Shown: positions 38,913-52,420 of the stretch, in pieces
Layout: every line of letters starts with the position of its first letter
Numbering within the stretch: the first letter of the stretch is position 1
Origin: Yuukianura sp. NJ FZ-2021
Taxonomy: Eukaryota
Direction of reading: 5' to 3'
DNA: 64,000 bases
NCBI GenBank assembly: GCA_046563655.1
Contig: CM102285.1
Coordinates: forward strand, 13,516,001-13,580,000
Notes under the pieces: generated by a model
Told to the model about the DNA's origin: nothing
Database searches by the model: none
What the model saw: the letters and a program-made list of their open reading frames with translations, nothing else
Program-made: the position numbers and the translations under genes

Positions 38913-41518
38913 TTGATTCTCACGCAACAACGACCCAATTTAATTTTCCCCTCTTCAACCTTAGTTTAGGTTAAGTTAGACTTAATTGGACTTCCACATT
39001 TACAAAAACTTCCCCTGCCCCTGTTTGACGTCAAGGTCTCTCGCTTTCTCCGTATTTAACTGAATTGAATTTGAAATTTAAAAAACCTTTCTGGCGGGAG
39101 AAAGTACGACCTCCCCTGTCGAAATCTCTTTGAAGACTGAGATGAGTCTTCCCTTGGACGCCGGGAGTAACTACTCCCTGCTCTAGCCTTTCTGTATGAA
39201 GCAACAGAAAACTAAACCCACCACCAACCACCAGCAAAACACTCTCGTGCCTTCTTCCTATAGGTCTCCCCTTCAAAAACATCCGACGGTTCAAAAAACT
39301 TAAAAAAGCTACAAACTTAATTTTTGGAATTAAAAAAATTAAAACTTAGAATCACAAATCACAGCAAAACCCAATTTGAAACCAACACCCCTATCGATTT
39401 TTAGAAAATTCAATTAACAATTAAAAAACTAAAAACAATTGTAAACATGCAATGAAGAAAAACCAATGTTTAGTTATATCACTCCACTCTAATTCAATTG
39501 TTCTAAAAAAACAATCCTTTAAAAACTGAAAACACGCGCGCTCGCAATGAAAATGAAAACAAAAATTATTGGATTCGAAAATTAAAACCGAGATTCTTTT
39601 TCCACTTATTTATCTTTCGTATTTCTTTTCAAAACAACCACAAACTGTGGATTCCTCACATGAAAATTAAAAATCGTCCAAGATTTTAGTATTGTTTAAA
39701 AAAATGTAAGTAACCATAAAACGTGAACTTTAATAGGACCTCTATAAAACAAGAATTCATGTGAAATTTTTACACAAAAAACGCATTTTCCCAAAAGTTT
39801 TTAATTTAGAGAGTTTTTGTGAATTGCTCAAGCGTCAACTCATTCACCCCCTCTCACAAAAATTGTATCTTTCCCTCTCTTTTTTGTCATAAAAATCCAA
39901 CTTCTGTTCTTAAAAGATTTCTTGTAATTAATTTATGAAACGCCACGCTCCCATAACTTAAGAAAGACTTAAACAGTAAAGCACCCAGAATCAAAAACTT
40001 ATTGAAATGGACACAGTTAAAACAAAGACGCAATTCGGTGTTTAGTTTTTTGCTTTCTCCGCTTCCGTTAAGCTTTCTCCTCTGCCCTCGCCCTCCAATT
40101 ACCCTCTGCCGCCTTAAGCTCATAAGAATTAGATTTACGTTCACTCCAATTTTTTTTTCTTGGGAGTCCAAAAGCCATGAAAACCGGAGCAACATTCATT
40201 ACCAATAAACCGGAAACAAGACCCCAAAAAGCCCGGGTTTCTCAAACAATAAAAGTCTTTTCTTCTTTTCGAAATTGCGCCCGCCCCTCCTTAAAACCTT
40301 GTTCTTCTTCCAGGACTCAAAATCTCCCGCATTGTTTCACAAAAAAATCAACTTAAGTCCTCTCTCTCCCTAAAAAAAACACACGCATGACACTTACAAC
40401 AAATTCCAAAAACTTAATTTCTAATCTTTCATAATTCCTGTTTGTCTCACAATGTGATTGAATGGGAACAGAAAGAAGCATAGCCTATAGTGCATATGAT
40501 TTCCTAGAATTGGTTGGAGGGAGTAACTGCGAGGGGTAGATCCACATAGGAAGGCTGTAAGTACTTTGATATTTATGAGAACTTTGGTTCCTTTTTCCCT
40601 TGTAAACTCCCTATTGTCCCACTTGACTCCAAGGGAGTTCCACAACTACTCTCTAGCATACAAATCCGATGAAATTCCAAGGGGACTTTCACTTTCACAA
40701 CAATTTTTCTCCGTTCCCTTTCCATCTATGCTGATTTTGACGCTAATATTCTCATTACCATGCACTTACTCTCAGACTTCAACAATTTTTTATCAAAACC
40801 CAAAAACTAATCAGGTTTTGACATTTTAACTTGATGAAAAATTACTCCAATTTGCGGAAAAACTTCATAAATTTCTATCAAAATATGCTTTCAACATTAA
40901 AACATATGAAACCTAACCTAAAACGACATAAAATTTAAGTTTCACTTCACTGAATTTGTAGTTTCTGACAAATCAAATCCGAAAATCTGAAATCCGGAAA
41001 CCTCAAAATCCGAAATCACAAAATCTATTGTTGTTAATAACTTGTTAAATTAATTTCAAATCCCTTGAATGAGAAACCTTAAGTTATTGGATCAGCCTAA
41101 CTCAAATTTTCATTTTCCTTATTCCAAATAAGTACGAGTTTAGTTTTCCCTCCAATTTTGAAAGGAGAAAAGAAGCTGCAGAACTCTCGTCATTGTCTGT
41201 CTCTCTTTGAATTGAATTCGGAGTAGATGTGATCTTGTACATCGTACTTTCTGCCTTTGTGTCCACGAGGGTGAAAGTGCAGAGGGAGGTGGTGGGTGGG
41301 GGGCTAACTTTCCCTTCTCTGGATTACACATTCTATTGATTATCAAATTCTTCACACTTCATGTGGGGAGACGTGGAGAGGGTGGGGGAGATCACCAAAA
41401 TAGTTCCCTAGCTTTCCTTGTTTACATTTCCAAGTCCAAATAATGACTTACACACAACTACAACTCTACTTTCTCCTTTTCCCGCAAAAAAACAGGTTTG
41501 AAAGTTTGAAAATGACAA

Positions 41519-41531
41519 GGGTCAAAGGTCA
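41519..41531. promoter_or_regulatory. Perfect DR1 element
   Basis: GGGTCAAAGGTCA. Confidence 0.45.
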
Positions 41532-44135
41532 ACAGAGGCACAAGACTCACCTCATGCCTTCTACGGTAGCTTAAACTAACCTGTTCCGCCCAAGGAGCCC
41601 TTAAGGGCCCCTAGCCCCTTAAGTTACCTTACAAACAAGAACATAATCACCATCTGCTGCTACCTGTGCTCTGGAAGCTGAAATTTTGAAACAACAATTT
41701 TTGAAATTCAAAGCAACCCACCGTTAAAATCCAGAAAGTTCAAAATCCGAATTCAAAATTCAAAATCCCAAATTCAAAATTCCATTCCTAATACAAACAC
41801 CTGAACATTTTAGACCAAAATCAACATTTTGACTTAATTTGACAGATTTTGAAATTTTCAAAATACAATTTGTGTCACTTTTTGAAAATAAATTTAAACA
41901 CGACAGTAGACTGAAAGACTAAAAAAGATGAAAGTGAAAGGTGTGCGTAAAGTGATAGATTTTCCACTTTCTCTGTTCAGTTTTTCTTTTCAATTGGTTA
42001 GAAGACTGACGCTTCCAATTTTTCTTGTCTTTTCCTTTTTCTCAAAATAGAAAATTTTCTTTTTCTTTTTTCAAAAACTGAACCTAAGAGACTCTTCTTC
42101 GATATTTTCCCTGTTGATTACCTCCTATTCAATTCATTTCTCATTCAATTCACTTCCATCTTTTACTAAAAGAGAAGAACAGGAGAGTGGAGGAGAGATG
42201 ATGATGATGATGACGGTAGCCTTTCCATTCTGTCATCAACTTTTTTCTCTTTCTTAATAATGTCCTTGTGAAAACTAGAAATTGTACAGACTCCGTCAGA
42301 CCTTAAGTAGGAAATTTATCACAGACTCACATCTCATCTCCTTAAGAAATAATCCATACACTACTCTTCAACACTAACAGATCTGCTCAAAAGAATTATC
42401 AAAATCCTTTTGTTCTCTCATTAAATCCAGATCTTATCCCATAGAGAGAAAGTAATTACAGATTGTCTCACAACTCCACTTAAATATACACTTCCATTCA
42501 ATTTCAAATCATAACTCATCTCCCGCCAAAAACAAAACGCAAAACTACATGCATTTGTTTTTTCATTCCAATCATCCGAAAACCTAACTTTAAAAATACA
42601 GTTTGTACTTTTCACACTGCAGACTGCAGCTAAAATTAAAATTTTTCAACTACTAGTTAAAAATTCGTTTTCAAAATTTCCCTTCTTGCTATGTCCTAGT
42701 TTTGAAAATGTTTAAAAATCGCGGAATTTCAAAATTTTTGAAATTAGTTTTAGAAAACGTTATGTTAAAAGTGACTGAAGTGAGTTATTTTTTAAATGAC
42801 CTGGGCTTAATTAAAATTTTTATTTGAACAAAAAAGCCTAATCAAGAGAGAGGTTAAAAAATGACACTTTTTAACGCTCGAATTCACTTCAAAGGCAAAA
42901 CACTTCCTTTTTTCATAGTGCAAATTCCAATTTACTTGTAACGAAAAATACACTACAAAGAGAACATCAAAAAATTTAATTTTTGCCTTGTCGAAAATGA
43001 TTCTAATCATGAACCAAAAAATCTCAGTCTATCTCCCCTCCGAAAAAGAATTTGAACTTCACAAAAACACAAAAATTTACAAATTGTCCAAAAAACTTCT
43101 TTTTTGTTCTCTTTAAAGCAAAAACTGTAACATACATGTACCATGTATGCTATATGTAAAATTTGGGGTTGAATTTTCTGGATGGTTGCACTTGCACATA
43201 GTATTTGACTGGTGGCGATGGTGGGGCTTACCCCACCACCACCATCACATAGTCCTCGTGTCATTCAACTCTGAAACTGAAAAACTGGTCCACTTTTTTT
43301 TTACTTCACGCCTCGTAAGTATACAAAAGTGAGTTACATTGTTCTTATTTTGAAAAAAAGAGAAGGGGATAATGCCTTCATTACGCTAAATGCTTCCACA
43401 TTGTCATCACACTCACTCACACTAAAGTCATACACAATATATCTAACTCATTTAAACTCAATTGTTACAATTCTGATTTCAGGAATTACTACTCCATAAG
43501 TTGAAGTAGTTGAAGAGTAGTTGAACAAAAGTTGAATCTACACGGATCAAATCAACACCCTTCAAAAATTTAGGCCGAATTTGCAAAAAAAAAAAAAAAA
43601 AAGTTCTCAACGAAAATCAAAAATCGAAATAAGAAAAGCAAAATGTCAAACTACGGTGCAAGGTCACACTGAAAATGATCAACAAAAAATTTAATATTAA
43701 TTTCCATACTAAATTTCAATATTAATTTCACAACCTTCCTATGGCAGGTGAAAATTTTTAGCAATATTTCAGAGAAAAATAAACTGAAAAATTCAAACTC
43801 AACTCAGCTTTCCACAAAATTCTAAAATTCAGAACATAAAAACACAAAAATTTCAACAAATGGAGCAAAACTAGCAAAAGGTAACGTGTTTTTCACAATG
43901 CAAAAGGCAATCTGATCTGGAAACTGTGGTTTAGTTAATTTGTCTATTTCATCAGTTTTTCCAAAAACAGCAAAGCCCAACGAAAATAAATTGATAAACA
44001 ATCCACAACGTCTTTTAAAATTTTAAGTTTCATAAAAACCCAATTTTGGTTATGAAAATGAAACCTGCTTAAAATCTCGTTTAAAAAAGCGTAAGCACAA
44101 AACTATGCAATTTCACGCGATTTTTTTTAGCTCAC

Positions 44136-44162
44136 CTGCTGCTGGCTTTTTTTGGAACACAT
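44136..44162 (-). other. Candidate alternative first coding exon of TOX (MCSKKSQQQ)
   Basis: ATG in frame with a strong donor, CAG|gtgagc. Phase 0 matches the exon at 30098. Confidence 0.3.
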
Positions 44163-45982
44163 TGAATATGAGGGGGTGTGACGACAACTTTTTTTTTTCA
44201 AAAATTATGTAGTTTCCCCACTATTTTTATTAAAGCCTCCCTTGTTCAATTTCCAATTGACTTTTTTTCACCTCCAATTTTGCAATTGTGCAAATACACT
44301 TTGCAATTATAAATTTTCATGCACAAACCTACTTCAAAAGCTTGAAGCAGATGGAACCAAGACAAAGACAAAAGTTAGTGAGTTATTGACCTCGTGCCGG
44401 AGGGTGTCAACGTCTAACGCAACCGCACAACACACGAAATTTCCAAATTCTTCCAGATGCTTCTCTTTTTTGTAGATTGCTTGTGTACAACTTAATTGTT
44501 CAATCAAACGACCTTTATTGCAAAATGACCAAACAAATAAAACTTGTCTTGTAAAGCCCCCTGGGATTTGGACACTTCCAGCTCCAAGCTGCTTCCTAGC
44601 TCACCAAAATTCAAAGATTTTGTCTTAAAGTTTATCCTAGGAGAGGGATGCTGTGGTCCAGCTTCAGAGATTCTTTGAAGATTTGGGAAGAACAATGGTA
44701 ATGAGAACATTTCCTCTGGTCCACCCCTTCGGTCTTCAAGGCGCCAGGCGTCCCCTTGGGCACCTTCATCTTCCTTCCAAGGGCTCGTGCCCTTCGGAAC
44801 AGACAACATCCAACACAAGGAATAAGGAAGAGCGGCAGAAGGAAACAATAGAAGGGACCCCTACCTATCCTCAGACAAGGCCCTGGCCAACCAGCCCTCA
44901 GCTTCAAGTAATTGAGAACATAAAAGTTCCCTATTCTCCTTTCAACGTTACAAGATTTTAAGTTCTTCCAATTTGTTACTTCATCTACATAAGCCCTAAA
45001 TGTGGTCAACCTAAATCTCGAACACCGTACGAAGAAATCAAATTTCGGAATTTCGAAAACTCAAATACCCACATTTTCACACAAAAACCTTCAGAATCTG
45101 CAAGAAACTTTCTCTTTTCTTGCATATGCATTACAAAACGAAATCCAACTTCAAAAATTTCATGTTAGAAACACTTAATTTGATGCTCGATTTTGGACTG
45201 TTATGGAAATGCTACCCAGTAAAGCATATTTTCAATTCCGAAGGGAGGTCCAAGATAACTAACGTAAAATTAAAATTTGAAATTTTGGAGCTTCTACATT
45301 TTTTGAAAAGTAAGTCCGGCGTCGAGTGTTGGCACAAGTTAAAGAGGGGAAAAAAGTAGCCAGACGCCGACACCGTGTTTATCGTTTTTTCATTTTTTTT
45401 TCTAAAAGTTGTCCTACAGGTGGAAAAGTCTCCACGAGCCAGAGAGTCATTTTCCTGGTACAAAAAATTATTTTTTGTTAAGTTCCTTAAGAAGTTAAGC
45501 TGAAAGTGCTAACAGATGAGAAGCAGATGAAGCAGGTGGAAACAATGGTTAGCTACCAAGGGAAGGAGCAGGGGCCCTTAGCTTTTAGTCCATGGTCCTT
45601 ACAAGAATAAGCACACGACTACCTCAAGACTAAGCACCTTCCATAAAAACTGGATCACAGGTGGGCCCTACTTCCCTACAAAATAACAACGGCCAAACAA
45701 CTTACGCAGGAGAAAGTTACTCCCTCCAAAATTTCTCAAACTTCTTACCCACTTTTGACCTCTTTCTGGCTTCCTCCAACCTTAGTCTCACCTTGCATAG
45801 CCTAACATAACACTAACCTAACAAAATCCTAACTTAACATAACACTAAAAACAAAATCCTAACCTCTTAGCACTCTCCACACAAAAGTGTCTAATAAAAT
45901 CCCAATTTGAAAACAATTGTCATCACTGAACTCAATTTGTTCCACAAGGTGCAAAACCTTATTCTCTCTCTCTTTTGTCACC

Positions 45983-46050
45983 GTTCCCCCTCCATAGCCT
46001 AACTTCTGTCATGCTGCTATAGTTCCCCCTCCTTAGCCTAACTTCTGTCA
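45983..46050. repeat. Tandem duplication, 39-bp period
   Basis: GTTCCCCCTCC.TAGCCTAACTTCTGTCA at 45983 and 46022. Confidence 0.75.
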
Positions 46051-49000
46051 CCTTTACCCCTCCATACTCAATTTTCTCCTTTTAATATTCACTTGTACAC
46101 TTCATACAAATTGAAATTCTACAAAAGAAGAAGAAACGGAATAAGTTCCTTCCAGAAATGAAATTTAAACCAGCACCATCTGCTTCACCCTAACGCATCA
46201 TTTCATAACTCAGCCTTCAATCCAAGTAGATTTTTTATAGAGAACTAAAAAAATAATAATTAAAGGTGAAATGTTAGTCTTCTGGTTCATTGGCCTTCGG
46301 CAGAAGCAGCCTAAAAAATTTCAACACGAGCAACGGAGAAAATCCAAATTTTAATTTACAGGATGAAAAAAAGGAAGTGAAGAGTTAGATTTTTTTTTCT
46401 CATCCACACAGCAGAACACCATAACGCTATTCCCATCTCAATTCCTCTCCAAAACTGGAAAATGAAGTAATATAAAGAATATAAAAAAAGAGACAATTTT
46501 CCTCTTCTTTTCACTTTTTCTGAATATTACTTTTTTTTTCTCTTAGTCTTCTTCCCTTTTACTCAGGTTTTAGTTCCCTATTTTTACCGGTTGACTATCT
46601 CTTCTCTCCTGCCAAACTTCAGAGGAAAAAAAAATGAGCACACACAAGAAAAAAAGGACGAAAAAATTAATGAAATTGTGTGTCTTTTATATTTCTGAAA
46701 AAGAGGGGGGAAAAATGAAAGGTGAAAGTCAAAATTGGACTCACTTTTTTCCCTCAAAAAAAGAACCTTATTATTCCATTACTTTCACTTTGGAAACACT
46801 CCTATTGTCCTGTTTCCCAAAAAGACACAAGTCAAAAGTAATTTTACAAAATAGAAATATCCCTCTTACATCTTTCAAAAAAAACTACAAACAAAAAAAT
46901 TCAAAAAAATTACCTTTACTTATGTCTAAAAATAAGTTCCTCTCTTCAAAATTATTTTGATCTTAAGAAAATAACTGAATCAGGAAACAGAATTTCTCTT
47001 GAAAAAACAAATTTTTCTAAAATCTCAAAATGCATTTTTTTCTAGCTCATGTCTTAAGTGATATGCCATGTTTAGTTACAGTCTTATAAAATTAGGACTT
47101 TCTCCTTGATTTGGATATACGTCTCAAACTGTCTCTTTTTTCAAAATTGTCTCTTTTTTTTAAAAACTGAAAGACATTTGTGCCCATATATGCATAGGCA
47201 GAGAAAACACTTTCTTTCCCCGTTTAAGTCCCAATTCCTCCCCAGCAGTTCTTCTCTTAAAAGTCTTTCTGTTTGGAGAGAAAGTGAAAGTCTTGCGGAA
47301 GGAAGTCTCTCTGACAGGAGTGAAATATGGTTTCCATTAAAATGAGCAATAAAAGCTACAGGGAGAAAAAAAGAAAAGAAAGGAAATTTATGTTGATAAA
47401 ATTCCATTTTTCCGTACTGATAAATTCATTTTTCCCTCCTTCCCTCTTTCTCCTTGGGAGAAAGTGGAAGGAGCTTAAGTAAGGACATTTCAGAATCAAA
47501 TGTCCTCCTCTCTACCTCTTCCCTTGTCTTTCAAATATCCTTCACTTCTCTTTCTCATTTTTAATACCAACTCTGCCTAATATTTAATAATAAAAAATAA
47601 TAATAATAGGAAAAAATATTAAGAAAAAATGAGAGAGGAGCAGGGGGTTACGAGATTTCGTGTCCCCCATTGCATCTTCTCCCAATTTGTCATTTGTCAT
47701 CTCCTTCCCTCGCCTGCTAATCACAAAAATATCAAAATCCAGCAGCAACCCTTCCACTTTCATTTTCATTTCTTTCTTATTTGAAAAATACAACACATCT
47801 CCCATGTCATCATCAACAGAACAACAAATGACAAGGACAACACGGACAAACGCAATTCAGTGTGTCCTAAATCATCTTTTTAAAAAAAAAGACAATTTTG
47901 ATTGAAAAGATGAAAATTGAAAAAGAAAATTAATAATTTTCAAAAATCCACTCCCACCAACGCAATTCCACAGGTTAACTTCAAAAGTTGTTCAACGCTA
48001 ACGAAAATATCGCAGAAAATTTCGACCGACTTTGTTGTAAAACAGCAAAAAAAAGGGAGCAAATTCTATCACCGCCTTTGTTGCATAACACAGCGACAAT
48101 TTTTTTTAGCAAAATCTTTCATCGAATTTGTTGCAAAGTACAGGAAAAGAAACTCGTTTTTACCATTCTACCTTGACAAAGATTGACAAAACCTTGTACA
48201 ATTTTTTTCGAATTCTATTTTCAAAATTAATTATTTTGAATTGCAATCTGGTAAAACTGTGCTTTCAAAAATTTTCAATTTCGTTTTTAAATCACTAAAT
48301 ACTTCCAAGTCGTGATGATGACTTTAATAAATTAGATTCAAAAAATGGAGCCGCAAATTGAAAGATGACAATTAACTATTGTTGTAATTTTTTCCGGCAC
48401 TTGGAGATCATACGTAGATATTAGTAAAAAGAATACCAGAAAAAATTGGATCATCGTGTGAGATCTTTCTCACTTTACCCCCGCGGCATCTCCACGACAA
48501 AACAATTACTCCCTGTATCAAAAATCCCCCCATACACTTTTAAACTAATTTTTTTGTTGCAACTTCTATTTATAAAAGTTCAAACTTCAAAACTGTTCTA
48601 AATTCAAAAGGCCTTAATATTCTTTACTCTTCAAAAAATCACATCCGCCTTAGCTCCAAAAAACCCAAACCTCGCAAAATTTTTGATATTTGCAACAAAA
48701 AAAAACTTTCATAAAAAACGAAACTTTTGTTCTCTAATCCAGAAACCTTTAAATGCCTCTCTCTCTCAGGTGACACACAAAAAGAAATAAATCACTACTC
48801 TCTACTAATACTACTATTTCAGAAACTGAACTTTGTAATTCACAAAAAAAAAGTTTCTTTTCTCCCTCTCCAATCGGACTTTGACAAATTTACGACTTTA
48901 CTCTCGTCCTAAATTCACAGTTCGTTTTTTAAACAGTTTTTCAAAGGAAAATAAATTCAAAATATCAAACATCTAACAGTTTTCGTTCCAAATATTTTCT

Positions 49001-49255
49001 TCTCTTGCATTTCAGTAAAACACATGCGTGAGAACATGAAATATTCAAAGTCCCAGCGCATAACCCAAAGTCAAAGGTCATATTTCACAATCAACCACTC
49101 AAAGTTGTCAATAGTCCCAATTACTCTACTTTCTTCACTAAATTTTTTGACTTCTGTGACCGTTAAAACTATAAATTCAAAACAGGCTCCTACAACAATG
49201 CAGAATTGTTTTTTTATCACGCCTAAAACTAACAAGAAGGAAAAATCAGGCTTAC

Positions 49256-49298
49256 CTTTAAGTGGATGTCAAGAGTATTGCTCCATTTTTCAGTCGTC
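49256..49298 (-). other. Candidate internal 43-nt TOX exon (TTEKWSNTLDIHLK)
   Basis: ttcag|...AAG|gtaagc. Open in the frame that joins exon 30098; needs a phase-2 upstream exon. Confidence 0.5.
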
Positions 49299-52200
49299 CT
49301 GAATTCAATTCATAAAATTTCCAAACCCGAAAATTTCGAAATCCAGGTTTCAAAATCTGACATGTAGAAGTTCTTATTATGCTAAGCTCCACAATTAAAC
49401 TTCTGCATTCAAAAGCTCCCGCGTTGCTCAAGCTTGAATTCGGAATCTGAAATTAAGAAAATTCGACAGTAAAATATTTGCTTTCACCAAAAGTTCAAAA
49501 ATTCACCCAGAACTAAAAAAAAATCCCTCCTTATAAAAAACATTCAGAAAATTTCAGAAAAAAAATCCTTTACAAAGAAAAATACAGTTCGATCCAGGCG
49601 GAAGGTTGAAAAAACTCAACCCTTGCCTAACACATGAGCTGTCTAACAAGATGCCGTTAATTTTTAAATGACGCACGACACGACACCTTCCGAACCACGA
49701 ATATTTTTTGGACCATATTGTACTTTTATGTACCACTCCAACCTGTCCTCCTCATCTTAATTAAAAGGCCCTTGTTCATATTTATGTTTATTACATTAAG
49801 TCCCGCTTCTTCTTGATTTATTCCCAGGATTAAGGACTGAAGTTGATGAATCGTCCCATTACCTTCCATTCTCCCTACTTTACTCCCAAGAATAATCACC
49901 CAACCAAAAATCTTACAAATACAAACACCTATCCTAACAAAACTTTAATAAGTACACAGTCCTACTAAAAACAAACATTCTGCAGCATCCGAAATCTCCA
50001 AAACTTCACAAAAAAACCACAAAAACTACATTTCTACCTCAGCTTGACCTTATTTTCACAAATCCAGGATCCTTGGTCCTTTGACCTCTTGAAATTTCTC
50101 AATTTGCAAAAGGTCACATGCATTTTCCACATCATTAGGTGGCCAAAGCCTAGCCGCAGACTGTAACAAAGCCATTAGGCCTAGTCCTTTGTCTTCTCTA
50201 AAGATTTCCGAGGATACAATGGTTCTCATTGTCCTTCTGGAAGATGTTGTTGATCCTCCCAGAGACAACATCTTTCCAAAGAACAGAAATCCTCTTCCTG
50301 GAACAACTTCAAAAGCAAGGCTCCCTTCACCTGTTGCCCTACACAGTCTCTCCCTTCACTACAGATCAACTGGCCCTTAACATCCACTTCACCATACACA
50401 AGATCACAGCATCTTTCCAAAAGATCCAACATCTCTTGGCTCCCTGCCCTTGACAGGTACACAACTACCAACTCAAGTCCTACCGTGCACAAGGAACGCA
50501 ATTGACACGAAGTCTATGTCCAATCAATCCCATTTAAGATTTCGGTCAAACCGAAACTGTAAAAAATCAAACATCATCATCACAGAATTTAGCTTTGAGA
50601 AACATAAGTCTTAGTTTTTTTTCCCGGAGATTCGCCGAAAGGGTTGAAATGCGCTAGAAACTGCGGAAACACAAATTAGTCATGTGAATTGTATTAAGTT
50701 GGAGTTAAATAGAGGCTTCTGCTTTATCCTCATCTTCTGTCAATCACAGTCATCACTCATCATCATCATCCTCTTTGAAACAAAAGATTTTTAAAACAAA
50801 ACGTCCCTCTCTCTCTTCGGTTTAGTCTAATTTCTCTTCCTAATGAACTAACTGTCCCATTCTTAATTAAAACTATGATAGTCATCTCATAATAACTTCA
50901 GAGTCTCTTAACAGGACACAAAAAATCAGAAATCAGACCAACCACCCGAAACAAACAAACCGCTACATCATTTCCAAAAATCATCACGCACAACCAACAA
51001 CACAAGAACCTTCTCTTAAGTCCAAAGGAAAAGAACAGACCAAAATTTCTAATTCTAATTTAATTTCTAACTTTCTTTAATTACTCTAATTTCAGCATAA
51101 TTTATAAAAATTTCTTTTTAATAAGTTGCAAGTAGTGCCAAAATTTAAAGAAATACACCGACCTGTATCCAAAATTCAAATTATTGTTGAAAATGTTCAA
51201 AACTTTGCGTTTTCACAACCAACTTGCCAAATTAAATACAAATTTTAACGAACTAAAAATTTTTTAAATTTCAAAAACAAATTGAAATTTTTAAAATACC
51301 TCAAAAGCAAAATGAAATAGTTGAAAGTTTAAAATGTCAAAATCAGAACTAGACAACAAGATGGAACTGGAACCGCAATAACTACAACCGAACAAAATCG
51401 AAATGATAGAAAAATAATTTCTTTGTCAAGTAGTTTTAAAATTTGTCAAGTTTTAAACGTACCAAAATCAGCCTTACTACAGCCGAACAATCAGAACGCT
51501 AAAAATGCGAACGAACTCTTCCCAAAATTTCAAGATTTCTTGACTTTTTCCACTTTTTTTTTAGAAATTCGTTTTCTTTTCAATTTGAAGTTCCAGAATT
51601 TGTAATAATAATCATATCTATTTTCTGTCTTTTCACAAAGTTTCAAAAAACAGAAAAGAAAGAAGTGAAACCAAACAAAAGGCGGATCATTAACACACTT
51701 CCAGAACTTTAAAAAGCTTCTTTTCAGAAACACTTTTTAAAAAAAGGACCAAAATCCAAGCACGGGTCCTTCATTTTTTTGTATAACCACAAAAATGCAC
51801 AGTACTACTCATTCCACAGCTGCTGTTTCTCCAACACAGCAGCATCTTCCCCATCCCTAAACACATTTAAGACCTTTCTGGCTGCAGAACAACAGAAACT
51901 GTTTAAAAACGAAAAAAAAACGGAAATTTTTTTGAAAAAAAAAAGCTACATGGAATCTCGCTCAGATGAAAATCTAAAATCTTAAGATTTTTTCCTCAAA
52001 ATCTCCTCCAACCTAAGGAAAGATGAGGCAAATCCTTTCAATTTCATTAGGAACAAAAGGAAAATAGTGCCGTGTCATCTTTTAATAAGGAACTTTAACG
52101 CTTTTTTCTTCTTTCTGGAAACAATAGACTTTGTCTCAAATTGAAATTGAAAAAAAAAGGTTCAACAAAAATTTCAAAAAAAAAAAATCAAAATTTCAAA

Positions 52201-52406
52201 AGTCCAAGACTACCACACAAGCTTCCAAACTTTTTCCCACTTTTTAAGAAAACACACACTCCCCAGTTAAAATTCTCATAAAATATTCTTGTTCAATTTT
52301 TAACGTTTTTCCAACTTTTTTCTTTCTTTTTTCAAAAAAAATAGCTTTTGAAAACAACTCCGCCTTTTTCTTTATCTGATTTAGGATTTTCAAATTAAAA
52401 AATTAC

Positions 52407-52420
52407 CACCGTCTATTCAT
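52407..52420 (-). other. Candidate first coding exon of a long TOX isoform (MNRRW)
   Basis: aaaatATG AAT AGA CGG TG|gtaatt. Phase 2 completes the 49298 exon, giving MNRRWTTEKWSNTLDIHLK-GSADNF. Confidence 0.35.

Noticed and set aside
44504..45009. Overlapping 100-125 aa ORFs in a GC-richer intronic patch
   Set aside because: No recognisable domain or convincing exon structure. More likely regulatory sequence or an old insertion.
50056..50501. ORFs on both strands, considered as a retroelement relic
   Set aside because: No RT, RNase H, integrase or gag motif recognisable by eye.
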